From the NCBI GenBank assembly GCA_000004985.1, contig GG739415.1: a stretch of DNA of 1,466 bases. One strand, given 5' to 3'. The DNA comes from Naegleria gruberi. Its lineage: Eukaryota. Below are positions 1 through 1,466 of this stretch, in pieces (the first letter of the stretch is position 1; each line of letters starts with the position of its first letter). Under the pieces are notes generated by a model. That model was not told where the DNA came from. It did no database searches and saw nothing but the letters and a program-made list of their open reading frames with translations. A program made the translations under genes and the position numbers.

Positions 1-602
1 AGTATGAGTTGAGCTGCAGCTTTTTCTTCTTCCTCCTTCACCAGTGCAACCTCCTCCTCACTACCTTCCAGCACGAATGGAAATAGTTTCATTTCCTCCT
101 CAATTGATAATGACGAGGCATAAAAATGATTGAATGTTGAAGTATTCTCAGTATGGGAATGAATAGACCCAAATCTTATTCGATTATTAACTGCCTCGCC
201 TCCATACATGTAATTGAAAGTTCTCCTCCAACAAGCAGACCACCACACTGCACTTCTCGTTACAATAAACAAATCCACCATCTCATTAAAATATTTACAA
301 CTCAACTGCAATTCCACCAATTCATGCAATGCAAAATAATCCAACACTGAATCCCTTACCACTTGCAAAATTTCCATAAATTGAATTGGATCTTTAAGAA
401 TTTTCTCATCAATTTTACAAATTTCCTTCACCTCATCATAAACTCCATATCCATCATCTTCATCATCATCTTCGGAATCATGTATTCTATGCACATCTTC
501 CGATTGGTTCATGTTATTGTGGTTAGGAAGTTTAATTGCTGTTGAGGAATCATCCTCCTTCTCATCACTCGATTTGACCTTAAAATAATCCAATAAACCC
601 AT
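1..602 (-). CDS. Partial CDS (3' end beyond position 1). Hypothetical protein with an acidic D/E-rich N-terminal region and an F-box-like segment.
   Basis: Hand translation of the minus strand from ATG 602..600 gives an open frame of about 200 codons with no stop down to position 1. The next upstream in-frame codon set is TAG at 611..609, so 602 is the first possible start. Translation: MGLLDYFKVKSSDEKEDDSSTAIKLPNHNNMNQSEDVHRIHDSEDDDEDDGYGVYDEVKEICKIDEKILKDPIQFMEILQVVRDSVLDYFALHELVELQLSCKYFNEMVDLFIVTRSAVWWSACWRRTFNYMYGGEAVNNRIRFGSIHSHTENTSTFNHFYASSLSIEEEMKLFPFVLEGSEEEVALVKEEEKAAAQLI... A 600-nt stop-free frame is very unlikely by chance in AT-rich DNA. The segment DPIQFMEILQVV...LVELQLSCKYFNEMV loosely fits the F-box pattern (LPxEIL...LxxVCKxWxxLv). 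That motif call is by eye only. The ORF is missing from the supplied track, presumably because it runs off the window edge. Confidence 0.7.
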   Translation of the reverse strand, partial: MGLLDYFKVKSSDEKEDDSSTAIKLPNHNNMNQSEDVHRIHDSEDDDEDDGYGVYDEVKEICKIDEKILKDPIQFMEILQVVRDSVLDYFALHELVELQLSCKYFNEMVDLFIVTRSAVWWSACWRRTFNYMYGGEAVNNRIRFGSIHSHTENTSTFNHFYASSLSIEEEMKLFPFVLEGSEEEVALVKEEEEKAAAQLI

Positions 603-620
603 CTCTCTCTATCACTCTCT
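603..620 (-). promoter_or_regulatory. Pyrimidine (CT) tract on the plus strand, equal to a purine AG tract on the minus strand, abutting the ATG of the 1..602 gene. It may be a leader or ribosome-binding context.
   Basis: Plus strand 601-620 reads atctctctctatcactctct. The minus strand therefore reads AGAGAGTGATAGAGAGAG immediately 5' of the ATG at 602. There is no canonical GGAGG Shine-Dalgarno motif, so a regulatory role is speculative. Confidence 0.2.
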
Positions 621-687
621 GATTGTTTCAATTGTTGAGCAATTCAACTATCAAATCAAACAACGACAATTTTTTTGAGTTTTTAAA

Positions 688-716
688 AGATGAACTTGGC
701 ATTCACAAGTTCATTT
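688..716 (-). terminator. Candidate stem-loop between the two tandem minus-strand genes. It could be an intrinsic terminator or a 3'-end processing hairpin for the LRR gene.
   Basis: Perfect inverted repeat ATGAACTTG (690-698) / CAAGTTCAT (706-714) around a 7-nt loop GCATTCA. An A:T pair at 688/716 can extend the stem. In the minus-strand transcript the stem is followed by CUUUUAAAAA. The stem is AU-rich with only 3 G:C pairs, so it is weak. It sits about 110 nt past the LRR stop codon and about 90 nt before the ATG of the downstream gene. Confidence 0.25.
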
Positions 717-721
717 CATAA

Positions 722-735
722 AAAATTGCAATTTT
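722..735. repeat. Perfect 14-bp palindrome AAAATTGCAATTTT in the intergenic spacer. Function unknown; possibly a dimeric protein-binding site.
   Basis: The reverse complement of positions 722-735 equals itself. It lies between the LRR gene stop (824) and the hairpin (688-716). A palindrome of this size and AT content is only mildly unexpected by chance. Confidence 0.4.
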
Positions 736-823
736 CTTTACAATCAAGAGTTTAGTTTGTGAAAGAAGATTGAAAGTGTTTATTGGAAATGAGAAAAGAG
801 GTTCAAAATGATGATAATGATTA

Positions 824-1147
824 TTACCATGAAAAGGAATAATTTAGAGGAATGACATGCTCATTCAATGGTGGTTTTTCCTTAATATTGAGCTTTACTA
901 ATTGTTTCAGATTATTATAAATTAATTCTTCCACATTCGAATCAAATAAATGTCCATAAATATCAAGACTAGTTAATTGTTTCATTTCCAATATCCATAA
1001 TAGTCCTTCCCTATCCAAACCACTAAATCTGAAAGCAAGTTCTTTCAGATTTGTCATTCTACTAATGATTTCTGCTAAAGGAGTTCCATTAAATTTGTTA
1101 TTGCAACTAATGTCAAGATTGGTCAATTGTGTCATTCTACTGACCAC
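824..1147 (-). CDS. Leucine-rich-repeat protein, C-terminal intact ORF segment (107 codons). Probably the 3' part of a larger, frameshifted LRR gene.
   Basis: ORF from the track with stop TAA at 826..824. The called start at 1147 is GTG, directly after frame-internal sequence. The first ATG is at 1135..1133 (MTQLTNLDIS...). The protein shows four LRR-like units of about 25-26 aa, each beginning M(K/T)xL: MTQLTNLDISCNNKFNGTPLAEIISR / MTNLKELAFRFSGLDREGLLWILE / MKQLTSLDIYGHLFDSNVEELIYNN / LKQLVKLNIKEKPP... The unit length and Cys/Asn positions resemble the cysteine-containing LRR type typical of F-box/LRR proteins. Confidence 0.6.
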   Translation of the reverse strand: MVSRMTQLTNLDISCNNKFNGTPLAEIISRMTNLKELAFRFSGLDREGLLWILEMKQLTSLDIYGHLFDSNVEELIYNNLKQLVKLNIKEKPPLNEHVIPLNYSFSW

Positions 1148-1466
1148 TTTAGCCCACTTTCGGTAAGATTAGTTTCAGAAATATTTAGTTTTCTCAATTG
1201 TTTCATGGTTGCAATCATTTCCAATTCATAGTCCATTATTCTTGTCATACTCAAATCGAGTTCAGTTAAATTTTTCAATTGACTAATTTTTTTCACTCCA
1301 TTTCCAATCTGAAATAATGTTTAAATCCAAATCGAGACATTTCATAATGATTTAAACTCAATTTAGTTAAATTCTTCATTAGAAACAGCGAGTCAACCAC
1401 AGATTTCACACCCAAAACACAAGATGATGGATTTTTGTCAAATTTCAATTCAACAATCGAATCATG
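824..1466 (-). pseudogene. LRR-repeat gene disrupted by two frameshifts (or two assembly indels). The 5' end lies beyond the window.
   Basis: Upstream of the intact ORF the same LRR periodicity continues on the minus strand in other frames. Frame A (1320..1135, closed by TGA at 1134..1132) reads TLFQIGNGVKKISQLKNLTELDLSMTRIMDYELEMIATMKQLRKLNISETNLTESGLKWSVE*. Frame +1 (1466..1296, closed by TGA at 1295..1293) reads HDSIVELKFDKNPSSCVLGVKSVVDSLFLMKNLTKLSLNHYEMSRFGFKHYFRLEME*. The units MKNLTKLSLNHYEM, LKNLTELDLSMTRI and MKQLRKLNISETNL match the units of the intact ORF. The shifts map to about 1293-1323 and 1132-1171. No intron with usable GT..AG and correct phase restores the frame. Confidence 0.5.

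Noticed and set aside
409-416. AAAATTGA, the Mimiviridae early-promoter octamer. It occurs exactly on the minus strand at 416..409. There are 7/8 matches on the minus strand at 673..666 (AAAATTGT, about 63 nt upstream of the gene B ATG) and within the palindrome at 722-729.
   Set aside because: The only exact copy is inside coding sequence (codons K-I-D-E). The intergenic copies each have a mismatch. An AT-rich 8-mer with one mismatch is expected by chance in a 220-bp AT-rich spacer. This is not evidence for a giant-virus promoter without genome-wide enrichment.
153-545. Plus-strand ORFs 153..350 (65 aa) and 363..545 (60 aa) from the ORF track.
   Set aside because: Both lie entirely inside the long minus-strand ORF 602→1, on the opposite strand. 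Their translations are low-complexity (…IFIIIFGIMYSMHIF…) and they carry no start or leader signals. They are shadow ORFs of the real minus-strand gene.
796-855. Small plus-strand ORF ATG 808..855 (MMIMIITMKRNNLEE*) preceded by an AAGAGG Shine-Dalgarno-like motif at 796-801 with 6-nt spacing.
   Set aside because: It is only 15 codons, consists of low-complexity AT-rich codons, and overlaps the 3' end of the minus-strand LRR gene antisense. It is most likely fortuitous.
1163-1168. GTAAGA on the plus strand, a consensus 5' splice donor look-alike.
   Set aside because: The coding is on the minus strand here. There is no plus-strand exon context or downstream acceptor/branch arrangement. It is a chance match.
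1309-1314. TTTCAG acceptor-like motif on the minus strand near the first frameshift, tested as a short intron that could rescue the reading frame.
   Set aside because: The candidate GT donors upstream (minus-strand positions corresponding to plus 1357-1356 and 1338-1337) give an intron that is too short and/or the wrong codon phase, so no GT..AG pair restores a continuous LRR frame. A frameshift is the simpler explanation.
1-1466. Search for tRNA, rRNA, CRISPR repeats, IS/transposon terminal inverted repeats, and integrase or transposase ORFs.
   Set aside because: No cloverleaf-compatible segment, no regularly spaced direct repeats with unique spacers, no terminal inverted repeats and no additional long ORFs were found. 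The window is explained by the two protein-coding loci plus the spacer.

Overview
AT-rich window, roughly one-third GC by eye. It holds two minus-strand protein-coding loci separated by a 221-bp AT-rich spacer (603-823). No rRNA, tRNA, CRISPR or transposon signature was seen.

(A) 824..1466+ (minus): a leucine-rich-repeat (LRR) gene with ~25-26-aa units. Only its last 107 codons (824..1147) form an intact ORF. The upstream LRR units continue in two other reading frames (about 1135-1320 and 1293-1466), so two frameshifts are needed to join them. This is either a decaying pseudogene or indel errors in the assembly. The 5' end lies beyond position 1466.

(B) 1..602 (minus): a long ORF absent from the supplied ORF track because it runs off the window edge. 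It starts at an ATG at 602..600, which is two codons after an in-frame TAG, and is open for about 200 codons to position 1. It encodes an acidic, D/E-rich N-terminus followed by a segment that resembles an F-box. I read that resemblance by eye and it is not verified.

The two plus-strand ORFs in the track (153..350 and 363..545) are antisense shadows of (B).

The spacer carries a perfect 9-bp inverted repeat (690-698/706-714), a perfect 14-bp palindrome (722-735) and an AG-rich tract directly before the ATG of (B).

The close spacing and the lack of convincing introns suggest a compact genome: a bacterium, a giant virus, or a compact eukaryote. Sequence alone does not decide between them. Tandem genes for F-box/LRR-type domains would be notable in a bacterium or virus, where they could act as mimics of host ubiquitin-ligase adaptors. 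All translations were done by hand and may contain small errors.
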